IMG/VR virus record: IMGVR_UViG_3300020050_009955 | Span: 1 to 64,000 of that record | Strand: one strand, 5' to 3' | From: a virus | Lineage: Duplodnaviria; Caudoviricetes | Length of the DNA stretch: 64,000 nucleotides | In this document: piece by piece, positions 28,055 through 38,044 of the stretch | Numbering within the stretch: the stretch's first letter is position 1 | Layout of the letters: each line of letters begins with the position of its first letter | The notes under the pieces: generated by a model | The model's input: the letters and a program-made list of their open reading frames with translations, nothing else | Told to the model about the DNA's origin: nothing | The model's database searches: none | Position numbers and translations under genes: made by a program

Positions 28055-28532
28055 ATCTGAAATAGTTGAATGGAATAGAATAGCGCATAAAAAAGTTCAT
28101 CCTCAACTAACTCAAAAAGATGTATACGAAAATTACATCAAAGAATATCCAGAATCTGAAATAACTTATGAAGAATATAAAAAAGTTATAACACAGTTTA
28201 ACTGGTATTTTATGAACTATGTTATATATACCGGTTTTACTATTTTATTACCATTCTTCTTAGGAACATTCTCTGTAATTCGTAAAGCATCTAAAGGTTA
28301 CAAAATTGATTTCCATCATTTTAAAACTACAGGAGAACGTAAGAAGCATTACAACAAACATTCAGAAAGATACTATGCTAGATTTTACTGGAACAAGTCT
28401 TCTAAAAGATACCACAATAGATGGTTTAAACATTTATTTCTATTTAAATCTAATAGATTAATTAGAGCAGATTTAGCTAAAGCTATAAAGAACCATAATA
28501 CAATATATAAATACCAATACTACGAAACATAA
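28029..28532 (+). CDS. IHF/HU-like protein of the crAss tail module
   Basis: Y..Y...I..FN...LPFFLGTFSVIR...IDF...Y..F.W.K pattern, basic. Confidence 0.7.
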   Translation: MLDKTKKTRSEIVEWNRIAHKKVHPQLTQKDVYENYIKEYPESEITYEEYKKVITQFNWYFMNYVIYTGFTILLPFFLGTFSVIRKASKGYKIDFHHFKTTGERKKHYNKHSERYYARFYWNKSSKRYHNRWFKHLFLFKSNRLIRADLAKAIKNHNTIYKYQYYET

Positions 28533-29371
28533 TGGAAGCAACACCTTATATTTCTATTAGATCTGTACTGTATGACATCTCTACAATGATGGATCAAAAA
28601 GAATGGAATGAAGCCAACATGCTTGAATGGGCATACAGAGCTTTAAGAAAAAATAAATCAACTAAGATATACACAACAAAGGTAGCTTTGATTGATGTAT
28701 ACGAACATAAGTTTCCTCTACCTGTAGACTTAAAGTATCTACACCAAATAGCTTATAAAGTTTGTACAACGGAACAATTGTACGAAGAAGTTAAAGAGAT
28801 ATTAGGATTAGACCAACCAGGGTTTGAAGGATCTTCGCTACCATATTCAGCTTTACTAAACTTGTATAATGCAGGTTTTAATAGATGGACTCCGCTAAGA
28901 CTTAGCCCGAGTCCATTTGCATTATCTATACATTGTGGTTACAGACTACCAGAGTGTCCTACATGTGAGCATGAGTATACAGTAGATGAGCAATTGATAT
29001 GTACAACTTCTTTAAAAGAAGGTAAAGTATTAATATCATACATGGCTTATCCTGAAAACGAAGATGGTGATGCACTAATGCCAGACCATCCAGATCTTAG
29101 AGATGCGATAATGCATTATTGTTTACACAGACACTATATGAGTAAATCACTTAAAGCTGCCGGTACTGATCAGTCTGCAAATAGACAAAGAGATTATCAT
29201 TTAGCTATGTATCAAACACTATCTGCTAAGTCTGCAGGGGATATGAATCTCCCATCACTCAATGAATTGGATAACTATAAGAGACAACATAACCGTTTAG
29301 TTCCTAGAGCTCATCAGTACGATAAGTTCTTCTTAGGACTGAATGGTCAAGAAAGAGTAAGAAATGCCTAA
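28532..29371 (+). CDS. Tail tubular/ring protein (P22 gp4-like)
   Basis: YISI..V, EW...AL, LP.DL, G.V.ISY...DG...PD...AI..Y motifs, directly before the muzzle gene. Confidence 0.75.
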   Translation: MEATPYISIRSVLYDISTMMDQKEWNEANMLEWAYRALRKNKSTKIYTTKVALIDVYEHKFPLPVDLKYLHQIAYKVCTTEQLYEEVKEILGLDQPGFEGSSLPYSALLNLYNAGFNRWTPLRLSPSPFALSIHCGYRLPECPTCEHEYTVDEQLICTTSLKEGKVLISYMAYPENEDGDALMPDHPDLRDAIMHYCLHRHYMSKSLKAAGTDQSANRQRDYHLAMYQTLSAKSAGDMNLPSLNELDNYKRQHNRLVPRAHQYDKFFLGLNGQERVRNA

Positions 29372-32300
29372 TCAACAAAATAATACACACATAGCTACGG
29401 CATCCAAGGGAATGTCGATGGATACTAAACATAAGTATCAGCCTGAAGGAAAAGCCTCGTTCATTTTGAATGGGGTTTTGGAGTCTACAGTAGGTGACTA
29501 TCCTACTATTACAAATGAGTTAGGAACTTTGCTGTGTACTACTGTTACTCCAGGTTTTATAATTATAGGTGTACAACAATTAGATGGTGATGATTTTGCA
29601 ATCTTTAGTGTAACAGATAAAAACAATGTTTCTGAAATAGGAATATTTAATCAAGCTAAATGTGAATACAAACCATTAGTTCAAACAGGATGTTTAAACT
29701 TTAACACTAATAATAGAATAAAAACTTTATTTAGAATACTAGGAGGTTGTGAAAGAATAATTTATTTTACTGATGGGGTTAATCCATATAGATCTATAAA
29801 TCTAGATAAACTAGAGGACTATTATGATGATAATAAAAACTTTGATTGTACTAAATTAGAATTATCAAGACCTATACAAATTCCAGGAATGGAATTATTT
29901 AAAATAAATGATGGTGGAGGACAAATACCATTAGGTACTTGGAGATTTAGAATTAGATATTTAGATCAAGATTTAAACCCTACAAATTGGATGTTATTAA
30001 CTGCAGGTATTCCTATAGTTGATGAAAACATATCTGCTGATTTTTATAATGTTGATGGTGGATATAATCTAACAGCTAAAAGTGAACAAGATGGAGGAGT
30101 GCCAATCTCTAATAAATCGATAATATTAAAGTTATCTAATTTAGATTTAAAATTTTATTATTATCAGATAGCTGTTTTGGGTAGAGTTTCTGGAACAGGT
30201 AAATCAACCGTCGCATATATTCTACCACCAAAAACTATAACTTTTTCTGAAGAGGAGTATACGTATACTGGTCCAAATACAAATACAGATATTGCTACAG
30301 ATGTAACAGCTTTAACAGTTGATCCTGGAATTATAGATATTGTAGATGCACATGCTCAAATAGACAATAGATTATTTTTAGCAAATTTGTCTAATCCGAA
30401 TTTTAAATATGGAGATATACAAAGAGCTGCTAATAAGATTACAATAGAATGGGTAAAAGGAGAGAATAAATGGGAAGATCTTAGTGAGGAAAGCGGATCA
30501 GGAAAATCACCTTATGTATATACAAATTATAGAACATTTATGGCAGATGAGGTATACGCATTTGGTATAAGAGGTTTTCATAAAAAAGGATGGTCAACTC
30601 CAGTATTTCATATTCCAGGTAGAGAAGAAATATTAAACACTACCTTAGATGGTCAACAATTAATTAATTTAGGAAACTCTAATCCTCACTATAGAAATAA
30701 AGTAACTATAGCACCAACTGCAGTAGGTTCTTGGGATAAAGAACCTTTGACAATTATAAAAAGAGCTAATACTATAAATACTAAAACACAAGCAAACAAT
30801 AATGCATCGCAAGTAGATGAATGGGATGCTAGACATTTAGGACCTGCAGGATCTACAATTCCAAGATGGAAAATGTACAATACAGCAATACAGAAATCAA
30901 GTAGCAACGTTGGTATTATGGCATATCATGAATCTATAAATGACTATCCTGATATAAAAGATTGTAGTGGTGAACGAGTATTTCCAGAAGGAAAAATAAG
31001 ACATCATAGATTTCCAGATAGAACTTTAGTTAATTTATATAAAACGACTATAGAAACTGATAACACTGTTTATAATGCACCATATGATAGCGCGACAAAA
31101 TTAGATAAAAGAATTGAAGATGAAGAAACATTAGTCTATCCTTTAGGATTTAGACCACAGTTAGACGCATTCTTTGCATCTCTACCTCAGGATATTTTAG
31201 ATAATTTTACTAATTGGGAAATTGTTGTAAGTGTTCGAGATGAACCTAATAAAACTGTTTTAGACAAAGGTTATATATATTCAGCTAATGGGGTATTTGA
31301 TGATACAAATCTAGATGGAGATGCTGTTTTTGCTCCATGGTATACCTATATTAATACCGTTCATGAGTTATATACTTCATTCGTTTCTCCAAAAATAATG
31401 TTTAATACAGAGTTTTTAAATGGGAGTTATTATAAGCATGAATTAGAATTTGATCATAAGATACAGTCAACAATATTAAATGCAAGTAGTTATAGAGTTT
31501 TTGGAGATTCTGTAAATGGTAATCAAGTTAGGTTTTTTGATTATAGTATGTATAATCCAAAGATTCCAGATGCTGCACAACCAATATATCAATTTAAATC
31601 TAGAGCTATAAACCAGTCTACATTTTTAAGTAACTATACACCTATTAAAGGTGAAGACGGTGATAACTTTGATACAAATGATGGGAATGCTTTTACATTT
31701 AATTCTAACACAATCTTAAATACTAAAAAAGTAAAAAACCCATATTTCAATAATTATCAATTTATATCTAATGTTAAAGATCCTTTAATATCAAGAGGAT
31801 CATTTATCAGGTCTTTAACATTCAATAGACTCATATTAGATGACTTGCATACAAAGAATAACTTATCCTACGTTTCAATAAAAAGACAAGTTGACCCGTA
31901 TTCTAATTTATTCGGTATACAATATAGAAGTACAAATTCTTTTTATTCAAAGTATACAACAAAAGTTGTTACTAGTCCTTTAGATCCTATAGGTGTTTTA
32001 CGCAATAGTTTCTCTGGGGATTGCTTTATAGGTAAGATGGCTTATACTTGGAAATTTCCATTTACAGATCCAGATGAAGATAAGCTTAGAAATAATGGTG
32101 TGTGGGTTAATGGATTCTACGAATCTGAAATAAATGTTGACCTTAGACATTCTGGATCAGAAAAGAAAGACCAATACTTTAAAAAAGATTTAAAGAAAGC
32201 TACTGTAGACGATCTTTATAAGCATGTTAAAATTCTGAATGAAGATAATGACATTTATATTACCAAAGAATTTTGGGGATATAATCAGGATTTTTCAGGA

Positions 32301-33758
32301 GTATCTGATGAAGCTTTATTTTTCTCTTTACCTATAAATTATGATTACTGTGCTAAGTGTGATAACAAGTATCCATTCAGAATTAGATACTCAGAAAAAT
32401 CGTTTCAAGATCAAGTACTAGATAAATATAAAATCTTTTTGTCTTATAACTTTACGGATTTGCCAGGAGATACTTTAGCAATAAACAATTTGTTTGTAGA
32501 TAAGAATGAGTTATATGCACATACACCTAAGGCTTTATACTTTGTACCTACTAGACAGCAATCATTACAAACCAATGAGAATACTATTTACATAGGAACT
32601 GGAGAAATCTTTGCAGTACCGCCTAGAAGATTAGTATCACTTAATTACGCTTATGGTGGATCAGTAGATCCTTGGGCAACAGTACCATCTGAATTTGGAA
32701 CTTTATTTATAGATTCTCTATCAGGTAAAATATTTATGCTACAAGAAGGGCTTAAAGAAATATCTACTCATGGAATGAGAAACTTCTTTGAGAATGAATT
32801 AGGTTTAAAGCTTAACGAACAAATTAAATCTATCTATGGAAAAGATTATCCATTTAAATCTCCAACAGTTGCTAATGATTTAGGTATTGGGTACAATGCT
32901 ACATTTGATACTCGACATAGAAGATTTATTCTACATAAGAGAGATTACGAAATGTTAGCACCTACACATAAGGATTGGTCTTTAAGAGATGATGGATTAT
33001 ATTTTAATAATAAGAAAATTCAAAATCTTACAAAGAGTTATGGATTGTTTAGAAATAAATCTTGGACTCTATCATACAGCTTAGCTCATGAGTCTTGGGT
33101 ATCATTTCATTCATACTTTCCAGATTATATCTGGAATTCTGAATCAGATGTATTCTCAACTATAAAGCAAAATGTAGATTCTAATCTTATCTACAAACAC
33201 AACAAAGGTGATTATACTACTTACTACAATAAACCAAAATCAGATTTCATACTAGAGTTAGTATCTAATCCAAGCCCAATGACTACTAAGAAATTTGGAC
33301 CTATCAGATTAATACACGACACACAGGTATATGATTCTGTTACAAGACAATTTAAGGATATCTACGATTTAACATTTGAACGTGGGATCTTCTACGCATC
33401 AGATATATCTACAGGAGAATTAAGCATAAGACAACAGTCTTCATTTGGATCTGTAACCGATCCATTTCCTAATAGGATACTATTTGAACGTAAGGGTAGA
33501 GAGGTGCACATGAACGAAATCTTAGACGTAGTATCTACAGACTTGCCTATATTTACAAGTGAGTGGACAGTAATACAACCTAACTACTTTATAGATAAGT
33601 TAGTTAATACGAATGCTGTTGACTTTAATAAAAGCCTATTTACAAAATCAAGAATGGTAGACCAATACATGGTATCAAGACTATTCTTCAACCCAAACGA
33701 TAATATAAAAATCACTTTTGAAGGACTCATTAGTGAGTTTAAACCATTTATAAGATAA
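29364..33758 (+). CDS. Tail stabilisation / muzzle protein (P22 gp10-like)
   Basis: 1464 aa. KGM..D, NE.G, IYFTDG.NP.R.IN, NRLFLAN, EVYAFGI, IRHHRFP, RIRYS and SWTLSYS...WVSFHSY.P motifs. Confidence 0.85.
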   Translation: MPNQQNNTHIATASKGMSMDTKHKYQPEGKASFILNGVLESTVGDYPTITNELGTLLCTTVTPGFIIIGVQQLDGDDFAIFSVTDKNNVSEIGIFNQAKCEYKPLVQTGCLNFNTNNRIKTLFRILGGCERIIYFTDGVNPYRSINLDKLEDYYDDNKNFDCTKLELSRPIQIPGMELFKINDGGGQIPLGTWRFRIRYLDQDLNPTNWMLLTAGIPIVDENISADFYNVDGGYNLTAKSEQDGGVPISNKSIILKLSNLDLKFYYYQIAVLGRVSGTGKSTVAYILPPKTITFSEEEYTYTGPNTNTDIATDVTALTVDPGIIDIVDAHAQIDNRLFLANLSNPNFKYGDIQRAANKITIEWVKGENKWEDLSEESGSGKSPYVYTNYRTFMADEVYAFGIRGFHKKGWSTPVFHIPGREEILNTTLDGQQLINLGNSNPHYRNKVTIAPTAVGSWDKEPLTIIKRANTINTKTQANNNASQVDEWDARHLGPAGSTIPRWKMYNTAIQKSSSNVGIMAYHESINDYPDIKDCSGERVFPEGKIRHHRFPDRTLVNLYKTTIETDNTVYNAPYDSATKLDKRIEDEETLVYPLGFRPQLDAFFASLPQDILDNFTNWEIVVSVRDEPNKTVLDKGYIYSANGVFDDTNLDGDAVFAPWYTYINTVHELYTSFVSPKIMFNTEFLNGSYYKHELEFDHKIQSTILNASSYRVFGDSVNGNQVRFFDYSMYNPKIPDAAQPIYQFKSRAINQSTFLSNYTPIKGEDGDNFDTNDGNAFTFNSNTILNTKKVKNPYFNNYQFISNVKDPLISRGSFIRSLTFNRLILDDLHTKNNLSYVSIKRQVDPYSNLFGIQYRSTNSFYSKYTTKVVTSPLDPIGVLRNSFSGDCFIGKMAYTWKFPFTDPDEDKLRNNGVWVNGFYESEINVDLRHSGSEKKDQYFKKDLKKATVDDLYKHVKILNEDNDIYITKEFWGYNQDFSGVSDEALFFSLPINYDYCAKCDNKYPFRIRYSEKSFQDQVLDKYKIFLSYNFTDLPGDTLAINNLFVDKNELYAHTPKALYFVPTRQQSLQTNENTIYIGTGEIFAVPPRRLVSLNYAYGGSVDPWATVPSEFGTLFIDSLSGKIFMLQEGLKEISTHGMRNFFENELGLKLNEQIKSIYGKDYPFKSPTVANDLGIGYNATFDTRHRRFILHKRDYEMLAPTHKDWSLRDDGLYFNNKKIQNLTKSYGLFRNKSWTLSYSLAHESWVSFHSYFPDYIWNSESDVFSTIKQNVDSNLIYKHNKGDYTTYYNKPKSDFILELVSNPSPMTTKKFGPIRLIHDTQVYDSVTRQFKDIYDLTFERGIFYASDISTGELSIRQQSSFGSVTDPFPNRILFERKGREVHMNEILDVVSTDLPIFTSEWTVIQPNYFIDKLVNTNAVDFNKSLFTKSRMVDQYMVSRLFFNPNDNIKITFEGLISEFKPFIR

Positions 33759-35842
33759 TGAAAAGATACAATAAAAACAGACAAAAATTTAATGTCCAAC
33801 TGTCTGACGGTACAAATAATATATCGTTTGAACAAATGTGGGCTCTTAATCAAGCATCCAAATCTCCAGGATTTATTTCTAACCCGTTAGCTAAAGCATA
33901 CAGTAATGCATTTGTTTCTGGTGGGCAAATACTTCAAGGAATAGGAGGAATAGCATCTGCAGTTCCAATACCTGGTGTAGCTATAGGTGGTGCGGCTCTA
34001 AGTATGCTAGGAGGTTTAATAGATAAACCTGCAGCACAAAAACCAACATACGGCACTGAAACAACTACCAGATATGGCATGGCTACAGGAGGTTCTATGG
34101 AGCCTATATCCCCTAATGCTATGGAAGTAACTGGTGCACCAAATCAAACAGATGGTAATCAGATAAACTATAAAGGACAACCTATCAATGTAGATCACGG
34201 AGAAGTGATTGACCATTCTAAAGATATAGTCTTTTCAGATAAATTATTTGACCCAAGATCAGGTAAATCATTTGCTGACACAGTTAAGCCTATGGAGAAA
34301 CTAATAGGTAAATTATCTAAGATGCCGTCTAATATTAACAACAATACTATTAAAGCTTTAGAACAACAGAAGCAGAAAGTGTTTCAAACACAAGAACAAG
34401 TAGCTGCAGCATTGGGTCAAAGAAATTCAGATGGTTCTACAGTACAGCCTGGACAGCCAGCTATGGCATCTGGTGGCAGAATAAAATCATACACATCTGG
34501 AGGAGTTCCAGATTTAACACAGTTTTTTCTAGGCAAACCGTATCAATCTTCACAACAATATGCGTCTAATATAGAACCGTATATCGAAGAACCGTTAAAG
34601 CCTAAGAGCACATTTAAGTATGCAAAAGGATATCAGTCTTATGCGGATTTAGATTTAGACAGAGACGATGTTCAGAAACAAGTAGAAGCTTTTTTTGCAA
34701 GTGATGCAGGTCAAAGGTATCAAAGAGCTCAAAGAGGAAAGAATCCTAAATGGAATTTTTATGGATCGAATCAGGATGCTAATAATACCATCGGCCCAAA
34801 ATTTGCACACTTATTAGCTGACCCAGAATTTCAAAAATTATATAGAACTTCTATTAATACTCCACCAACAACAGCTAAAAAAGAAGTATATGGAAATAAT
34901 CCTATTTTACCTATACAAGAAGCCGGAGGTTATAATGCAGTATTAAAACCTACCAACAGGTATTCAAAACCGAGTTATGCAGATGAAGCACAAAGTACTT
35001 ATGATACGGATAGAGAGAATGCACGTTTAGCCGGAACCACTGAAGATAACAAAAGACCAGGTTCAGAACCATTTGATGCTAAAGGAGCAATCAATCAATT
35101 TTTTAAAGATAATCCTAACTCTGCACAACCTCTTAAAAAACCATCTAAATTTGGTTTAGGTGATTACTTACAATTAGGTGCAGCTGGAGCTTCTGTGCTT
35201 GGCGCGTTATTTGATAAACCAGAAAAACAAAGACCTAATTTAGATAAAACACAAATTACTCAAAATAGATATGACCCAGCTAATGCATTAATGCAAAATC
35301 AATACACTACTAATGCGGGTATGATGGCTAACACTAATAACTATTCATCAGCGGGAGTTCAAGCAGGTCTTCAAAATTTAATGGCTAATAAGTATAAAGC
35401 AGATTCCCAAGTTCAAAGTCAGTACGATCAAATGAACAATCAAGCAAGAACTCAGTATGAGCAAAGGTTACAACAACAAAATCAATTCAATGCTCAAACA
35501 CTATCAGCTAACGATGATAAGAATGTTGCAAATAGAGCAGCATATACCAATAATTTATATGGAGCTTTACAGACAGTTTCTAATGTTGGCAAAGGATTCA
35601 ATCAGAAAGCAACATCCGAAAAAGCTGTTAATGCTTTAATTGCAAACGACCCACAAGCTGCACAAGGATTCTTGGATGCTAATGGTCAAGTAGATCAAGC
35701 AGCTTTACAAAAAAATAATGAATTACGAAGACAAGTTTATCAAACAATAGATGACGGTATATTCTATCAAGGTGGTACTAAATATAAAAAGCTAGGAACA
35801 TATCTTACAGGTGGTAAAATAAAATTAAGAAAGAGAAGATAA
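33758..35842 (+). CDS. Ejected cargo protein 1
   Basis: Gly/Ala-rich hydrophobic hairpins, VDHGEV...VFSDKL domain, Gln/Asn-rich coils, repeated xAxGG motifs. Follows the muzzle gene. Confidence 0.7.
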   Translation: MKRYNKNRQKFNVQLSDGTNNISFEQMWALNQASKSPGFISNPLAKAYSNAFVSGGQILQGIGGIASAVPIPGVAIGGAALSMLGGLIDKPAAQKPTYGTETTTRYGMATGGSMEPISPNAMEVTGAPNQTDGNQINYKGQPINVDHGEVIDHSKDIVFSDKLFDPRSGKSFADTVKPMEKLIGKLSKMPSNINNNTIKALEQQKQKVFQTQEQVAAALGQRNSDGSTVQPGQPAMASGGRIKSYTSGGVPDLTQFFLGKPYQSSQQYASNIEPYIEEPLKPKSTFKYAKGYQSYADLDLDRDDVQKQVEAFFASDAGQRYQRAQRGKNPKWNFYGSNQDANNTIGPKFAHLLADPEFQKLYRTSINTPPTTAKKEVYGNNPILPIQEAGGYNAVLKPTNRYSKPSYADEAQSTYDTDRENARLAGTTEDNKRPGSEPFDAKGAINQFFKDNPNSAQPLKKPSKFGLGDYLQLGAAGASVLGALFDKPEKQRPNLDKTQITQNRYDPANALMQNQYTTNAGMMANTNNYSSAGVQAGLQNLMANKYKADSQVQSQYDQMNNQARTQYEQRLQQQNQFNAQTLSANDDKNVANRAAYTNNLYGALQTVSNVGKGFNQKATSEKAVNALIANDPQAAQGFLDANGQVDQAALQKNNELRRQVYQTIDDGIFYQGGTKYKKLGTYLTGGKIKLRKRR

Positions 35843-35843
35843 T

Positions 35844-38039
35844 ATGTCAAATAGATTTGTACAATATAGACCATTAGACTATACTCCAGTTACGGAGCCT
35901 TTAGAGATACTAAAGGAAAGTCTAGTTAATAGGCGTAAGCTTATTGATATGATGGAAGATGAGCAAGATAAGTTAGCTACAATACAGGCTCAAGGTATTG
36001 ATGGAACTGACTGGCAGAATAAAGCTGTAAATGTTAATAAAGTACTTCAAAGTAAGAAAGATGAAGTTTCTAATTATCTAATGGAGAATTCTGGAGATCT
36101 TTACGGAGCTAAAAGAAAAATTAGAGAGCTAAAAAATTATATAACTAGAGAATCTATATCCGGCGAATTAGGAGCTATTAATAATGCAAGTGCTGCATAT
36201 GCTAAGAGAATGGAAGAACTGCAAAAAGAAGCTGGTAAGAAGGATAGCTTTTCATTATCTAGATTAGAGAAGCAGAATCAATTATTCAAAATGCAAAGTC
36301 AAAATTTAGGGAAGTTTAATTCTATTAGAGGTACTTATGAGAATGCAACTTCTTTAACTGCACCGCCTGCAGAATTTGATGTATATGAAAGGCTTACTGA
36401 TGTGATAAAAAATACACCAGCATTGACTGAATATAGATTACAATCTGGAAGAGATGGATGGCAATTAGTTGACAGAGTCACTGGTGTAGAACATAAAGAT
36501 AGTAATACACTTGTTGCTAATATGTTAGATTCTTTAAAAACTAGTGCAGCTTATAAGGATGATTTAGAGTGGCAAACAAGATATACTGCTGTTGCAAGTG
36601 GATTAGATATGTCTAAACCAGAAAACCAAGAATTGATGGCTAGTTGGGCAGCACAAAAAATGGCTAATGATGCTAAAGGTATTTCAGGTTACGCTTATAC
36701 TAAAGAAATGGCTCCAACAATTCATAGAACAAACGATCCTGAAATGCAGTTTGAATTACAAAGAAGAAGATTCAAGCATGATGATGACAAGCTTGCAGGT
36801 TTAATGCGTGATAATTCTTTGCCAGGTGTAACAGTTCCTGTCGACTTTATACCAGCAAACGCGTCTATACTAGGAAATATAGATTTAAATAATGAAGCCG
36901 TTACCAATATAATAAATAAATATACTAAGAATGGTAGAGGTTCTAACTTCTTTGATGCGGGTACATACTTTGACGAATTCGGTATCTCTTATAGAGATGC
37001 TAGCGCTACAGAACCTAATTATGTAAAAAATCCTTTCCCAGGTTTAACTAATTTACCTGCTAAAGATTTACAAAACCTTGCTAATGAACTACAAAGTAAA
37101 CAACCGAATTTCAACAAAGATAAGTTTATAGCATATATGGAAAAACAATCTAAAAATTTATCGAAGTCTGCTTCAGATAAAATTAAGGACTACTTTAAAA
37201 ACTTCGAAAAAGAAACAGGAACAAGACCTCAGGAAGTTAGGATGATTCCGTTTAGTTTAGATAACCAGCAATATGTTACTGCAAATGTTTTAATGAATGA
37301 TATACTACCAGTGACAGTTGTTAAGAATGGGAAGATTATTCATAATGGGGAGAATTTTACAATGGGGGATTTAAAGAAAAAATATGGAGTACATATTTAT
37401 GATAAAACAACCAAAAAGACAGTGAATGTTTTAAATCCTGATAGCTCTAGAATTATAGGTAGAGCTTTGCCTTCATCTATTAATAATAATATGACTCTAG
37501 TAATGACTCTTCCTGATGGTATGAAAGCATACATCCAAGATGGATTAAATTCTTCTAGTAATAGATATAATCCATCATTGCAAACAGCGAATGAATTGCG
37601 AATGTCTAAACAAAATCCAGCTAATTATGCAAACGGTATTAACGTAGGATTAACTACAGATAATAGTACACCAGTACAAGAATTAAAAGATGCTTTACAG
37701 ATGAAAGGAATACAATTACCTAGTAATATCCAATCTATGAAGTTAGTACCGGGCACACCTTTTGAAGTTAAGAATATTGATGGTACTTACTCATTACAGC
37801 CTTCATATAAGAGAGTTGTTGTAAACTATGTAGATAATGGTAGAATGTTGAGTAAAGAAGTTTATAATGCTGAATACTTTGGAGGAAGTGAACTTCCACT
37901 TAATGAACCAGATAATCATATTGCACAACAGATATGGAATCAGCATTTAGCAGCATATGGACAGACAAAAGAAAAATTAACTAAAGAGGGTCAAATTATA
38001 CAAGCTATGTACCTTCAAAATTCACAATCAGATAATTAA
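35844..38039 (+). CDS. Ejected cargo protein 2
   Basis: MSNRF...Y.P N-terminus and helical coiled-coil region. Lies between cargo 1 and the vRNAP. Confidence 0.65.
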   Translation: MSNRFVQYRPLDYTPVTEPLEILKESLVNRRKLIDMMEDEQDKLATIQAQGIDGTDWQNKAVNVNKVLQSKKDEVSNYLMENSGDLYGAKRKIRELKNYITRESISGELGAINNASAAYAKRMEELQKEAGKKDSFSLSRLEKQNQLFKMQSQNLGKFNSIRGTYENATSLTAPPAEFDVYERLTDVIKNTPALTEYRLQSGRDGWQLVDRVTGVEHKDSNTLVANMLDSLKTSAAYKDDLEWQTRYTAVASGLDMSKPENQELMASWAAQKMANDAKGISGYAYTKEMAPTIHRTNDPEMQFELQRRRFKHDDDKLAGLMRDNSLPGVTVPVDFIPANASILGNIDLNNEAVTNIINKYTKNGRGSNFFDAGTYFDEFGISYRDASATEPNYVKNPFPGLTNLPAKDLQNLANELQSKQPNFNKDKFIAYMEKQSKNLSKSASDKIKDYFKNFEKETGTRPQEVRMIPFSLDNQQYVTANVLMNDILPVTVVKNGKIIHNGENFTMGDLKKKYGVHIYDKTTKKTVNVLNPDSSRIIGRALPSSINNNMTLVMTLPDGMKAYIQDGLNSSSNRYNPSLQTANELRMSKQNPANYANGINVGLTTDNSTPVQELKDALQMKGIQLPSNIQSMKLVPGTPFEVKNIDGTYSLQPSYKRVVVNYVDNGRMLSKEVYNAEYFGGSELPLNEPDNHIAQQIWNQHLAAYGQTKEKLTKEGQIIQAMYLQNSQSDN

Positions 38040-38044
38040 TAATT